Source: Candidatus Latescibacterota bacterium (GTDB lineage Bacteria; Latescibacterota; UBA2968; UBA8231). Taken from it: DNA of 64,000 nucleotides. Made by a program: the position numbers and the translations under genes. The stretch spans positions 64,001 to 128,000 of the forward strand of contig OZ242318.1 in NCBI GenBank assembly GCA_965208105.1. Direction: 5' to 3'. Positions 28,692 to 40,488 of the stretch are shown piece after piece; positions within the stretch are counted from its first letter, which is position 1, and each line of letters starts with the position of its first letter. Under the pieces are notes generated by a model. It searched no databases. It had not been told where the DNA came from and saw nothing but the letters and a program-made list of their open reading frames with translations.

Positions 28692-29144
28692 GTGGCTGAG
28701 ATTCGCGTAGGTATCATTATGGGCAGCAAGTCTGACCAGGAAGTCATGCGCAAGGGCACCGAAGTCCTGGATGAACTGGGGATTGGATACGAGTTTGTGG
28801 TTTGCTCTGCGCATCGCAACCCCGAACGCACTGCCGCCTATGCCCGAGAGGCCGCCGACCGCGGTCTAAAGGTTATCATCGCCGGTGCCGGACTCGCAGC
28901 AGCCCTTCCCGGGGTCCTGGCAGCGCATACCATCTTGCCGATCATCGGGGTCCCGGTGGCCTCCGGGGCCCTGAATGGGCTCGATTCCCTCTATGCCATT
29001 GTGCAAATGCCGCCTGGAATTCCAGTGGCTACCGTGGGGATCGACAATGCCCGAAACGCCGCCATGCTGGCTGCCCAGATCCTGGCTTTGACGGATTTGG
29101 AAGTAGGGCGGGCCATTCGTGCCTATCGGGAGCAATGGGGCTGA
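28692..29144 (+). CDS. purE: N5-CAIR mutase
   Basis: [27 protein letters not shown]. Confidence 0.95.
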   Translation: MAEIRVGIIMGSKSDQEVMRKGTEVLDELGIGYEFVVCSAHRNPERTAAYAREAADRGLKVIIAGAGLAAALPGVLAAHTILPIIGVPVASGALNGLDSLYAIVQMPPGIPVATVGIDNARNAAMLAAQILALTDLEVGRAIRAYREQWG

Positions 29145-29225
29145 GATGGGATTAAGGGGATCGGGTCCTGCCAGGCACTGGATCCCGGTCATTCCCGCGC
29201 GATCCCAATTTTGTGCCGGAGGACA

Positions 29226-30164
29226 CTAGGCAGTCAGCCAGCAGCGATTATCCCTGCCCTGCAGATTTACCCGGACCGGCTGCCCCTGGCGAAGGGACTG
29301 GCGGATGGCGCGCAGCATGCGGTTGTTCAAGTTGAGGGTCGACCAGTCCGCAAGCGGACTACCCCCCCCGCCGAGCTGGCCTAGAAAGTCAGCAAGCCAG
29401 GCAGGTTCGGGGTACTGGTCGGTGTGTGGTTGAAGTTGAATGCCGTTCTCAAGGACGATGGGTGAGGAATTCGACACGCCGTCGCTGAAGAGAAGGCCTC
29501 CGCTTCCAAGCAGGGTGAAATCGTGGTTGATGGGAAGATGGACAGGAGCAATTACCAGCTGGGCGCTGGACTGATTGGCAGCGGATACGGTCAGGACGGC
29601 ATGGTGCCGGCTCCCTTGGCGGGAGGCGGAGACCAGGAGTTCCCGCAGGGGGGCGTCCAGGAGCGTCCTGGCCTGATCCAGGGCTTCACAGGCCGACCAC
29701 CAGGCCGAGAGGAGTCCCTGGCCACCGCCGCGAACCTGGCGCAGGTATACGGGATCCCCGAACCCGGGATTCCGGACCCGGGCGAGGAGTGCCTGATGCA
29801 GCCGGGAGAACCGATATCGATTTCCCCAGGACAAGCGCACCTGATTCTCTCCGGCGCTTTCGCGGAGTTGGTCGAACTGGCGGCGGGAGAGGGGGATGGG
29901 TCCTGCACTGAGGACCTGTACCTTGCGTCTTACAAAGGCGGGCAGCCGCCGGTTCAGAGCTGGAAAGGGGTGCAGGAAGCAACACGTTCCCGAAGCGGTG
30001 CGATCCAGCAGCTCCTCCATATCCCTGAGGACTGGTACAGGGTCGAGGTTCAGGCGGGCGCGGCCAAGGTTGAGAACGGCGTCGATCTCGGTGTAGCGGC
30101 AGATTGAACGCACAACCTCTTCCTGTGCGGCTGCGGCGACCAGGGTGACAGGTTTCCGGTCCAT
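29226..30164 (-). CDS. Divergent Gfo/Idh/MocA-like protein lacking the canonical NAD-binding motif
   Basis: Remnant motifs WGNRYRFS...FGDPVYL and terminal AIRQSLRQGQPVRV. Start MDRKP overlaps the upstream stop codon. Confidence 0.6.
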   Translation of the reverse strand: MDRKPVTLVAAAAQEEVVRSICRYTEIDAVLNLGRARLNLDPVPVLRDMEELLDRTASGTCCFLHPFPALNRRLPAFVRRKVQVLSAGPIPLSRRQFDQLRESAGENQVRLSWGNRYRFSRLHQALLARVRNPGFGDPVYLRQVRGGGQGLLSAWWSACEALDQARTLLDAPLRELLVSASRQGSRHHAVLTVSAANQSSAQLVIAPVHLPINHDFTLLGSGGLLFSDGVSNSSPIVLENGIQLQPHTDQYPEPAWLADFLGQLGGGGSPLADWSTLNLNNRMLRAIRQSLRQGQPVRVNLQGRDNRCWLTA

Positions 30165-31303
30165 CAGTCGGCCTGTCTCCTCAACGGCAGGCGCACCGTC
30201 TCCCCGCACACCACCGACGTGTACCCGGCAATTATAATTTCCATGTGGTCGCGCGCTTCCCTGACCGTATAGGCGGGCTGCCGGTGTTCATCGAGGGCTG
30301 CGACCAAATCCTCCAACCCCATCCATAAGCCGGTCGAATCAGGGGCCAGAGAAGCTGCCTGCGCCGGGGCGGTATGGTGCCACTGCATGGGATCTTCGGG
30401 AGGCAGGCTGTAGTCGGCGCCCGCAATGTCCTCTCGAATATAGGTATTGAGAACCGGCCCTTTGCCATCTACGGCGGCGCTGGCCTTCGCACCGATCAGG
30501 TAGGCTCTTGCAGGACCGCCGTGGGGGTGGGCCGCCATTCCGACGCGCCCTCCGCACACCGTGGCAACCCGCCCGCATTCGTCGGTAAGGTTCAGTGTCC
30601 CGAAGTCATCGGCTCCAAGTGAGGCGTGTTCGTTGAAAAAGTATGCACCCGCCCGGCCATATACGTGGGCGATCCTGCCCAGGCAGTCCTGGACAAGCCC
30701 GATCCCATAGGCTCCCACGCAGAGCAATTCGCGCTTTATTTCCGCGAACTTCCAGCGTCCCGGTGGCAGGAACTCCCTCTCACCTTCGGATATGGGTTGG
30801 GGCCATCCCTTGCCGAACATCACATCCGCGTGTACGCCGAGCAAGGCTCCCAGGCGGCCGCTGGCAATCAGGGTGCGGGCCTGGGCAGCGAGTTCTCCGT
30901 AGACGTAGCTGGGGATAATCGAGTACACCCCGGCCTCCTCGACGGCTGCGACCACCGCGTCGCACTCGTCCAGATTTGCGCCGATGAATTTGTCGATCCA
31001 AAGGTGTTTGCCGGCGGCGGCGGCGCGCAGCGCCAAATGGGCTCGCCGCTCGATCTCGTGGCCGATACTGACGATATGGACGTCTTTCAACTCGAGCGCA
31101 CGGTCGATTCCTTCGATGTAGGGGATGTCCAGCTTGTCCGCCCAGCTCTGGTTGAGAGCTTTCAATTCAGGTTCGATATCGGGTTCGTCGGCAATGGCCA
31201 CAAGGCGAACGCGGGGATGGCTCTGGTACAGTGGAACAAAGCTCGCCTGGTGGCTGTACTTGCTGAAGCTCAGCAGAAGAACTCCATAAGTTTGGTCGGA
31301 CAT
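30164..31303 (-). CDS. Gfo/Idh/MocA family oxidoreductase
   Basis: AGKHLWIDKF, SGRLGAL, EIIIAGYTS...VRLPL. Confidence 0.82.
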   Translation of the reverse strand: MSDQTYGVLLLSFSKYSHQASFVPLYQSHPRVRLVAIADEPDIEPELKALNQSWADKLDIPYIEGIDRALELKDVHIVSIGHEIERRAHLALRAAAAGKHLWIDKFIGANLDECDAVVAAVEEAGVYSIIPSYVYGELAAQARTLIASGRLGALLGVHADVMFGKGWPQPISEGEREFLPPGRWKFAEIKRELLCVGAYGIGLVQDCLGRIAHVYGRAGAYFFNEHASLGADDFGTLNLTDECGRVATVCGGRVGMAAHPHGGPARAYLIGAKASAAVDGKGPVLNTYIREDIAGADYSLPPEDPMQWHHTAPAQAASLAPDSTGLWMGLEDLVAALDEHRQPAYTVREARDHMEIIIAGYTSVVCGETVRLPLRRQAD

Positions 31304-31578
31304 GGTCGAAAAAGCTCCGGGGAGGAACAGCTGCGTCAGGTTTGTGAACTGTAGAAAAAATGGGGTTGAAGAAGATGGCCGAACAGCCTTCGGCGCGCCG
31401 GAAAACTTACTACTTAAAGGGAAAAGAGGGGGGTGTCAAGGATAAATTGACTCCCAGATGACCTGCGAGGCACTATCTGGAGCAGAACCGGACCGGGCGC
31501 ATCGGCTTTGCAGAGGGAGCTTTGGGCGGAAGGGAATCTTGCTCGAAGATGGAGACTTCCCTAGTATTGGGCCAGGCT

Positions 31579-34500
31579 ATGAGATTCTTGTTGCTAGGTT
31601 TGTGGTTTGGATGGCTTGCGGCCAACGGCGCGTCCGCCGCCGAGTCTGGAATAGTTGCCCCGGGCGAGGTTCTCGTGCGGTTGAGCCCCGCAGCAGCCAG
31701 GCCCACAGGAGCCCACCTCAGGGAACTGGATGAGCTCCACAGCCGTTACGGCCTCCTGGAGGAGGCCGACCTTTTCCTTGCCCCCAGCTCCGGCCGCCGC
31801 TTCAAGCCTGCTGGTCGGCTGCCTCTTGGCCGGTGGCGAAGGCTGAGCCTGAACAGCGAATCAGACCCCCGCCTCATTGCGGCAGACTATGCAGACCTGC
31901 AGGTGGTGGAGTTTGCCCAGCCCAACTATCTTCGCCGCTTGGCTTCTTCGCCTGGAGATTCTCTCTACCACCAGCAGTGGAACCTGGCAGCTATTGGCTG
32001 GGGGGAGGAGGCGATCGATGGCTTGGAGGAGATTGTGGTCGGAGTCATCGACTCCGGCCTGGATTACGACCATCCTGACATTGCGGCACAGGTATGGTCC
32101 AACAGGGCGGAGCGGGAAGGGGCGCCGGGGGTAGACGATGACGGCAACGGTTATATAGATGATCTTCTTGGTTGGGACTTCAGCGATGCGCCAGGGTTCG
32201 CGGGTGAAGGAGATTTTCTCGAACGCGACAACGACCCTCGCGATGAGTCGGGTCACGGCACTCACGTGGCTGGAATCATCGCCGCAGCGGTGGGCAACGG
32301 GCGGGGCATCGCAGGGGTGGCGCCGGGCGTTCGCCTGATGCCTCTTCGAGCCGGGTTCAACCTGCCTGAAGGCGGATATCTGGAGGACGACGACCTGGCT
32401 GCCGCCGTGGTGTACGCGGCTGAAAATGGGGCCCGCGTTATCAACATGAGCTGGGGAGACCCCCACTATTCTCCTTTGCTCGAGGACGTGATCCGCTACG
32501 CAGAACAGGCTGGTTGCGTGCTGGTCGCTGCGGCGGGAAACCAGGGTGATGGAGAGGTATTCTATCCCGCGCGTTTCGACCATACCATCGCGGTGGGGGC
32601 GGTCGGCCCGCAACAGAATATCCTCTCCTTCTCCAACTGGGGATTCAGCATGGATTTCGCCGCTCCAGGTCTGGAGATTTTGAGCCTGGCTCCCGGGGGA
32701 AAATACGTCGCGCGCTCAGGCACTTCCATGGCAGCTGCCCACGTCTCCGGACTGGCCGCCCTGGTTCTTGCGAACAACCCCCACTTCACGGCTCTGGAAG
32801 TGCAGGGGGCCCTGGCCCTTTCGGCGCGCGATGTCGGCCCGGAAGGATGGGATTCCTGGTCCGGTGCGGGGATACCGCAGGCCAATGCCCGGCATTATTC
32901 CGATGCTGTAGAGCTGCAGGTCCTGACTCCCGCTTCCGGCGCCGTGCTGGAGGACACCGCGGCTGTTCATCTTCACATTGCCGGCGGAAATTGCCGCGGC
33001 TACGAGTTGAGCTGGGGAGAAGGGAATCAACCGGAGACGTGGCAGATTCTGGCGCGCGGAGAGGGAAGTCCTGAACCTGTAACCTGGCATGTGGCGGATT
33101 TGTCCCAGGGTTCCTACCAGCTCAGGGGACGGAGTCAGTGTCAAGGGCATGTCCTGGAGGACCGGGTCGCGGTGAGAGTACAGCGGCGTAGGCCGGTGGT
33201 GGACTCCGCACGTCTGACCCGGGCATTGGATGGGCCGGAGTGGAAGTACCTGGTCGAATGGCGCACGGACGTGCCTGCCGATGGGAGGATGCGCTTGCTG
33301 CAGCCGGGAAGGGACCCGGTTGTGCGGTGGGTGAGTTCGCAGCGCACCATGCACAGGGCAGTCCTGCCCGGGGACCTGCCGCCTGGGACCTACAAGATCC
33401 AGGTGAGGTCCACCGCTGGAGGGGGGTGGAGCGATCTGCAGGACATCGGGGAAATCGAAGTGGTGCCGGGGTGGATCGAGCAGTGGAATTTCGATCGATT
33501 GGGGGTCATTCCCGGCGGCTTCCTGATGCCGCAACTGGTGGACTTCAACCGGAACGGCAAACCTGAACTGGTGCAAATGGCCCGCGACAGCCGACAGTAC
33601 AGCCCGGGTGATTTTTACGAGTTGGGCGAGGGCGGCGCCGACCTGGTTCATTCTTCTTCCCGTCTCTTCATTCCCTGGAACAGCCACGACCTGGACGCCG
33701 ACGGTAAGTGGGAAATCATGGCGGTGGACGACCGGCGCGTTCGTCTGATGGAGGCAGAGGATGAAGGGCGCTTCCCCGAGAGGGTGATCTGGGACCAGCG
33801 CGATGTATGGGGTGGGGAAGTGGGGGATTTGGACGGGGACGGCACCTTCGAGATGTACCTGCGTTCGAGTCAGGCCAACCTCTTCAAGGTCTTTGAAGGC
33901 ACCGGAGACGACCAGTTTGTGGAGATTGCCACCCTGGCCAACCCCACCGCAGGCACGAACGAACTGAGTGAGCGTCCCATCGTGGGCGACCTGGACGGGG
34001 ACGGACTGGGCGAATTGCTGAGCGGCGATGGAGATGGGGATCTGTTCGCCTACGAGGGCATAGGAAATAACGCTTTTCACCATGTTTGGCGGGAGGAAAC
34101 AAGCTCCGAAGAGGATGGCCGACTGGTGGGCGGAGGTGCCGATCTGGATGGAGACGGCCGGACTGAATTCGTCGTTGCCCGGCTGTTCCGAGACCAGTTC
34201 GAGCTTGAACGGACCCGCTGGGAGGTGACGGCATACCAGGCTGCCGGGGACAATGACTATCGACCCGAGTGGAGGGCGGAGGTCCTCGGGGGAAAATCTC
34301 GAGGCAACGGAATCTCGGCGGCGGACCTGAACGGAAACGGGCAGGTGGAGTTGATCATAGTACTGGTTCCTGACATCTATGTATTCGGATCGGTGGGAGA
34401 GGACGCCTACGAGCCGGTATGGCACATGGTTGCCGGGGATACCAACAGGCCTGCGCTGGGGGATGTGGACGGCGATGGCAAGGTGGATCTGGCCTTCAAC

Positions 34501-35661
34501 TCTGGTGGGAAGGTCCAGATTCATAGCCTGCAATCTCCACCGATGGGACCGGAACCGCCTGATTTCAGGGCCTATGCGCTGGACGAGAGGCGGATCGTGT
34601 TGGAGTGGCAGCCGGTACGCGGCGCTGCGGCCTACCGAGTATACCGGGATGAAACGATCCTGGTGGAGCGCCTGGAAACCACGCATTTCGAGGACGCCGA
34701 CCTGGAGGCGGGACAGACCTACAGCTACGCCGTGGCGGCACTCGACTCGAGTCCCCGGGCGGTCGAAGGCCGGCATACAAGAACCATTTCACTGCAGACT
34801 CAGGCTGCCCCCAGGCTGATTCGAGTGGACCGAATATCGCGCCACCAGCTTGCTCTTGTATTCACCTCGCCCCTGGAGGGCGCGGACCTCGACTTGCTGA
34901 GCTTTCGCGTCGACCCAGAAGTTGGAGTGCCCTCATCCGTGATGGCCGACCGGGGAGGCCGGCGGCTCGTCCTCAGCTTTGCCGCGGCCTTGCCGGATTC
35001 CGGCAGCTTCATTCTCGAGCTGGGAGAGTTGAAGAGCATCCAGGGAACTCCACTGGCCGCGGAGGACCGGCGGGTGAACTTCGACCTGAAGCCGCATGAA
35101 GGTCCGGGGCGCCTGCTCGGAGCCGAAGTCATTACACCTGTTCGAATCGTTCTGAGCTTCAGCGATCCCGTCGTGCTCCCGCCCGATTCGATCTCGGCTT
35201 TTGTCTTCAGGGACAGGAAGATTCAGATTCTCCGGGCCCGGGTCCGGGACGGGAAAAAGGTGATTCTCGAGCTTCGGGAAACTACTCCTCTGCAGGCTGC
35301 GGGGCGTTCCTACGAGATCCTGATTCAGGGCCTGGAGGATGTGTCAGGGGGCAGGATCGATGCACGGGTCTTCGTTCGCTATGCCGCCTCCGACCTGAGC
35401 GCGGTGAAGGTCTTTCCCAATCCCTTCAACCCGGATCGAGGCATGCTGACCTTCGGGGCTCTGACCCCGGAGGCCCAGGTGTACATCTTCGACCTCAGCG
35501 GGCAACTGGTACGGGTGCTCGAAGAGGAGGACGGCGACGGTGGAGTGCAATGGGACGGATTGAATGCGGCTGGGAGGAGACTTGGCTCCGGTGTATATTT
35601 CTTCAAGGCGGTCAACGCCGAACAGGCGAGAACGGGGAAATTCGCCCTGCTCAGGGACTAA
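31579..35661 (+). CDS. Secreted S8 (subtilisin-family) serine protease with FG-GAP repeats, an FN3 domain and a C-terminal FlgD/T9SS-type domain
   Basis: Signal peptide, catalytic triad VIDSG / GHGTHVAG / SGTSMA, repeated GDLDGDG motifs, C-terminal VFPNPFNP...WDG...GSGVYF. Confidence 0.9.
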   Translation: MRFLLLGLWFGWLAANGASAAESGIVAPGEVLVRLSPAAARPTGAHLRELDELHSRYGLLEEADLFLAPSSGRRFKPAGRLPLGRWRRLSLNSESDPRLIAADYADLQVVEFAQPNYLRRLASSPGDSLYHQQWNLAAIGWGEEAIDGLEEIVVGVIDSGLDYDHPDIAAQVWSNRAEREGAPGVDDDGNGYIDDLLGWDFSDAPGFAGEGDFLERDNDPRDESGHGTHVAGIIAAAVGNGRGIAGVAPGVRLMPLRAGFNLPEGGYLEDDDLAAAVVYAAENGARVINMSWGDPHYSPLLEDVIRYAEQAGCVLVAAAGNQGDGEVFYPARFDHTIAVGAVGPQQNILSFSNWGFSMDFAAPGLEILSLAPGGKYVARSGTSMAAAHVSGLAALVLANNPHFTALEVQGALALSARDVGPEGWDSWSGAGIPQANARHYSDAVELQVLTPASGAVLEDTAAVHLHIAGGNCRGYELSWGEGNQPETWQILARGEGSPEPVTWHVADLSQGSYQLRGRSQCQGHVLEDRVAVRVQRRRPVVDSARLTRALDGPEWKYLVEWRTDVPADGRMRLLQPGRDPVVRWVSSQRTMHRAVLPGDLPPGTYKIQVRSTAGGGWSDLQDIGEIEVVPGWIEQWNFDRLGVIPGGFLMPQLVDFNRNGKPELVQMARDSRQYSPGDFYELGEGGADLVHSSSRLFIPWNSHDLDADGKWEIMAVDDRRVRLMEAEDEGRFPERVIWDQRDVWGGEVGDLDGDGTFEMYLRSSQANLFKVFEGTGDDQFVEIATLANPTAGTNELSERPIVGDLDGDGLGELLSGDGDGDLFAYEGIGNNAFHHVWREETSSEEDGRLVGGGADLDGDGRTEFVVARLFRDQFELERTRWEVTAYQAAGDNDYRPEWRAEVLGGKSRGNGISAADLNGNGQVELIIVLVPDIYVFGSVGEDAYEPVWHMVAGDTNRPALGDVDGDGKVDLAFNSGGKVQIHSLQSPPMGPEPPDFRAYALDERRIVLEWQPVRGAAAYRVYRDETILVERLETTHFEDADLEAGQTYSYAVAALDSSPRAVEGRHTRTISLQTQAAPRLIRVDRISRHQLALVFTSPLEGADLDLLSFRVDPEVGVPSSVMADRGGRRLVLSFAAALPDSGSFILELGELKSIQGTPLAAEDRRVNFDLKPHEGPGRLLGAEVITPVRIVLSFSDPVVLPPDSISAFVFRDRKIQILRARVRDGKKVILELRETTPLQAAGRSYEILIQGLEDVSGGRIDARVFVRYAASDLSAVKVFPNPFNPDRGMLTFGALTPEAQVYIFDLSGQLVRVLEEEDGDGGVQWDGLNAAGRRLGSGVYFFKAVNAEQARTGKFALLRD

Positions 35662-35795
35662 TGTCCCGCCGCGAGGCTCCCCGTCTTTGCGAACGGGGCG
35701 CCCCGGCGTGGGTGGACCCCGCATTGCCCTGCATCCGCCGGTTGGGGGCGGGGTGAGGGTCCGGTCCATGCACCCTGGGCCAAAAACGAGGAGGC

Positions 35796-36830
35796 ATGAC
35801 TATGGTCAACATCGGCATCGTTGGCATCGGCTTCATGGGAGTCACCCACTTCAAGGCAATCGAAAAGGTCAAAGGTGGAAGGGTCAAGGCCATCTGCAGC
35901 AGAGACCGAAGGAAATTGAAAGGGGATTGGCGCAAGATACAGGGCAATTTCGGCGGCAGCGGGGGCGTGCAGGACCTGTCGAATGTCACCTGTTACGACC
36001 GCATAGACGATTTGCTCGGCGATCCCGGCATAGACCTGGTGGACATGTGCCTTCCCACCCCGATGCATGCCGAGTGGAGCCTGAGAGCCCTGAGTGCCGG
36101 CAAGCATCTGCTGTTGGAGAAGCCGATAGCTCTGAATCTGAAAGACGCGGACCGGATCGTCTCCACGGCGAAAAAACACGATCGTCAATTCATGGTCGCC
36201 CACGTGTTGCGCTATTTTCCGGAATTCAGACTGATAAAGGACTTGGCCGAAAGCGCGGAGTTCGGTCCCATTCTGGCCGCCCATTTCAAGCGCAATACGT
36301 CGCGGCCATTGTGGCGCGAGCCGGGGGACGTGGAGCGAACCGGAGGTCCCGCCATCGACCTGCATATCCACGACGCCGACTTCATCCAGTTTTTGTTCGG
36401 CATGCCGGATGCAGTCTCCTCCACAGGTTCCCTGAGCCGGGACGGCGTCCTGGAATACTTGAGCACCCACTACCACTATGAAGGCCGGTCCGCGGGCATC
36501 ATTGCCGAAGGCGGCTGGCTATCCCAGCAGGGTTGTCCCTTTGAGCAGAGCTACGAAATCTACTTTGAGGAAGCCACCCTGAAATTTCATTCCTACTGGG
36601 GCCGATCTCCGGTTCTGCTCACCCGGGACGGCAAGACCCGCAGGCCCAGACTATCCCGCAAGGACCCCTTCGTCGCGGAACTGCAGGAAGCGGTGGACAC
36701 AGTGGCCGGGAATCGAGCTTCCCGCATGCTGGACGGCCATAGCGCGCGCAACTCCCTTCTTCTCTGCTTGAAGGAAATTCAGTCCGTGCGCCGCGGCCGC
36801 AGGATCAGGATCAACCCTGCCAGGAGTTGA
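35796..36830 (+). CDS. Gfo/Idh/MocA family oxidoreductase
   Basis: GIVGIGFMG, GKHLLLEKP, DLHIHDAD. Confidence 0.9.
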   Translation: MTMVNIGIVGIGFMGVTHFKAIEKVKGGRVKAICSRDRRKLKGDWRKIQGNFGGSGGVQDLSNVTCYDRIDDLLGDPGIDLVDMCLPTPMHAEWSLRALSAGKHLLLEKPIALNLKDADRIVSTAKKHDRQFMVAHVLRYFPEFRLIKDLAESAEFGPILAAHFKRNTSRPLWREPGDVERTGGPAIDLHIHDADFIQFLFGMPDAVSSTGSLSRDGVLEYLSTHYHYEGRSAGIIAEGGWLSQQGCPFEQSYEIYFEEATLKFHSYWGRSPVLLTRDGKTRRPRLSRKDPFVAELQEAVDTVAGNRASRMLDGHSARNSLLLCLKEIQSVRRGRRIRINPARS

Positions 36831-37113
36831 GGGCGCGGGCGAATTGAATGTCGGACCGCGTAACCGCCTTTTCACTGTGGGTGGTGACCGCGACCGCAAT
36901 GGTCCGCGAGCCCGTATTCAGACTGAAATCGGGGTGATGGTTCATGGAGGTGATGGTTGCGACGAGGTGATTGAGAAATGAAGTGATGTCCTTGAAGGAG
37001 GAGAACGTGAAATCTCGAGAGATGACGACGTCGTCTCTGGTCCAGCCCTCGAGGGTCTTCAATTCCTCGTCGACCTCTGAGGAGGTCAGGATGGTTTTGT
37101 CTTCGACGGCCAT
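36811..37113 (-). CDS. Pterin-4-alpha-carbinolamine dehydratase family protein
   Basis: LEGW, MNHHPD, VTTHS...TRSD. Confidence 0.88.
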   Translation of the reverse strand: MAVEDKTILTSSEVDEELKTLEGWTRDDVVISRDFTFSSFKDITSFLNHLVATITSMNHHPDFSLNTGSRTIAVAVTTHSEKAVTRSDIQFARALNSWQG

Positions 37114-37169
37114 GGGGGTGATTACTCCTCGGATTCCCAGGGGCGATCCTGGTGTGAGTATATTTCAAG

Positions 37170-37208
37170 AGCGGCTATGAGGAAGAAAACATGTTCCTCA
37201 TAGCCGCT
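37170..37208 (-). terminator. Stem-loop downstream of groEL, probable terminator
   Basis: 15-bp perfect stem AGCGGCTATGAGGAA/TTCCTCATAGCCGCT, 35 bp past the groEL stop. Confidence 0.7.
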
Positions 37209-37243
37209 TTCTGCAACGAAGGGTTGGTTGGACCTTCAGGTGG

Positions 37244-38875
<1,632 letters not shown>

Positions 38876-38894
38876 TTATTATTTCCTCCCTGAG

Positions 38895-39191
38895 TTACTC
38901 GACGACGGCCAGAACGTCTTCTTCGCGCATAATCAGATACTCTTCGCCTTCGAGCTTGACTTCCGTCCCCGAGTACTTGCCGATAAGCACCTTGTCCCCT
39001 TCCTTCAACTCCAGGGCGATGCGCTCGCCGTTTTCCAGGCGGCCTGGTCCTACTGCCACCACTTCGGCTTCCTGGGGTTTTTCCTTTGCGGTGTCGGGGA
39101 TGATGATCCCACCGACCTTTTGCTCGTCGTCCTCCTCGAGACGCTTGACCAAGATGCGGTCCGCCAGAGGTCTTATGCTGGTTGTGGCCAT
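38895..39191 (-). CDS. groES: Co-chaperonin GroES
   Basis: [32 protein letters not shown]. Confidence 0.97.
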   Translation of the reverse strand: MATTSIRPLADRILVKRLEEDDEQKVGGIIIPDTAKEKPQEAEVVAVGPGRLENGERIALELKEGDKVLIGKYSGTEVKLEGEEYLIMREEDVLAVVE

Positions 39192-39247
39192 GAGAAGCAA
39201 CTCCTTGTTTGGATGTGAATGAAAAAAGGTTTTACGGAGAATTTCAA

Positions 39248-39263
39248 TGCAATTATTGTGCCA
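39248..39263 (-). promoter_or_regulatory. Sigma54 (-24/-12) promoter of groESL
   Basis: Minus strand TGGCAC-AATAA-TTGCA, an exact match to TGGCAC-N5-TTGCW, 57 bp upstream of groES. Confidence 0.8.
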
Positions 39264-39413
39264 AGGGCAATTGCCATATGCAACATGTGAAATTACAGAT
39301 AGTTGTAATTTATAAACTTGTATCGCAGTCGAGATTCGGTGGAAAAATTTTTCATTATGAGAAAACTGCCGGAGAATTGCCTCCTCTGATTGTTATAACA
39401 TTTTGTTTTTTAT

Positions 39414-39426
39414 TAAGTAGTTGATT
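39414..39426 (-). promoter_or_regulatory. IHF-like binding site in the AT-rich groES upstream region
   Basis: Minus strand AATCAACTACTTA matches WATCAA-N4-TTR. Confidence 0.55.
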
Positions 39427-39682
39427 TATCCAAAACGGGAATGCTTGTTTCTTCCATTTTCATTTTGAGAAATTTTGCGGTGATGGGAGGAAGGCCCCTG
39501 CCTGCCCGACAAAATTCATTTACGGGTCGATTCCCCGTCCCCGAATTTCCTCATCGCCTGTTCCGGCATCCTTCCCCCGGGGTCGGTGGCGGAGCTGGGA
39601 AACGGCCTCCAACTCCCGGCATCCGAAGATCGACTGGTTTTGATTCGGTGGCATCCCGGGCAGCTCGGAGTTCGAGGCGCTG

Positions 39683-40477
39683 ATGCTCGATCTGCGCGAC
39701 AAGGTTGTCCTGGTGACGGGTGCGAGCAGCGGGATTGGCTGGCACCTCAGTTTGCTGTTGGCCAGGAGGGGGGCAAGAGTGGTCGCAACCGCCCGCCGCC
39801 GCCAGCGCCTGGTGGAATTGCAGCGCCGGATTGAAACCGAGGGCGGAGCGGCACCCCTCGTCATTCCCTGTGATGTAAGTGATTCCGACCAGGTTCGGTC
39901 ACTCAGGGACAGCGTACAGTCCCAATACGGGGCGGTCGATGTCCTGGTCAACAACGCCGGCAGGGGTGCCTATGGTCCAATTGAGATGATCAGTACGGAG
40001 CAAGTCAGGTCGATTGTCGGCACGAACCTGCTGGGAGTTATCCATTGCACCCAGGCTTTCTTGCCCGCCATGCTGGAGAGAAAGCGCGGTCATCTGGTAT
40101 TTATCTCCAGCGTGTTGGGCGAATTGCCGGCCTGGCGGCATGCGGTCTACGGATCCACCAAGTTTGCCGTGAGTGGGTTGGCGGAAAACCTAGAATACGA
40201 ACTGGCGCCCAGAGGGATCAAGGTGCTTTTGGTAGAGCCTGGACTGGTGCGGTCGGAGTTCGCCGCGGTAAGTGGCACCCCCCCGGAGCGCTTTGATCAA
40301 ATACCCAGCAAGACGGCTGCGGAAGTAGCCGCCCTGGCTCTGCGCGCAATCGAGTGCGAAAAACGGCGCTATGTAGCCGACGGCTTGTCGAGCCTGGGCA
40401 TTTGCCTCAGGCGCCATTTCCCCAGAGCGACCCGCCTGTTCTTCAAGCTCATTTTCCGGGGCCTGATCAGAAAGTGA
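39683..40477 (+). CDS. SDR family NAD(P)-dependent oxidoreductase
   Basis: TGASSGIG, NNAG, YGSTK. Confidence 0.92.
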   Translation: MLDLRDKVVLVTGASSGIGWHLSLLLARRGARVVATARRRQRLVELQRRIETEGGAAPLVIPCDVSDSDQVRSLRDSVQSQYGAVDVLVNNAGRGAYGPIEMISTEQVRSIVGTNLLGVIHCTQAFLPAMLERKRGHLVFISSVLGELPAWRHAVYGSTKFAVSGLAENLEYELAPRGIKVLLVEPGLVRSEFAAVSGTPPERFDQIPSKTAAEVAALALRAIECEKRRYVADGLSSLGICLRRHFPRATRLFFKLIFRGLIRK

Positions 40478-40488
40478 ATCCGGTCCTG

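Noticed and set aside
29160-29229. GGACACTAG resembling the MITE right end, within an imperfect hairpin
   Set aside because: Only a 9-bp match; more simply a terminator-like structure between convergent genes.
35655-35675. CTAATGTCCCGCCGC resembling the MITE left end
   Set aside because: No internal similarity or right end follows; it is explained by a small GGGAC-TAAT-GTCCC hairpin at a stop codon.
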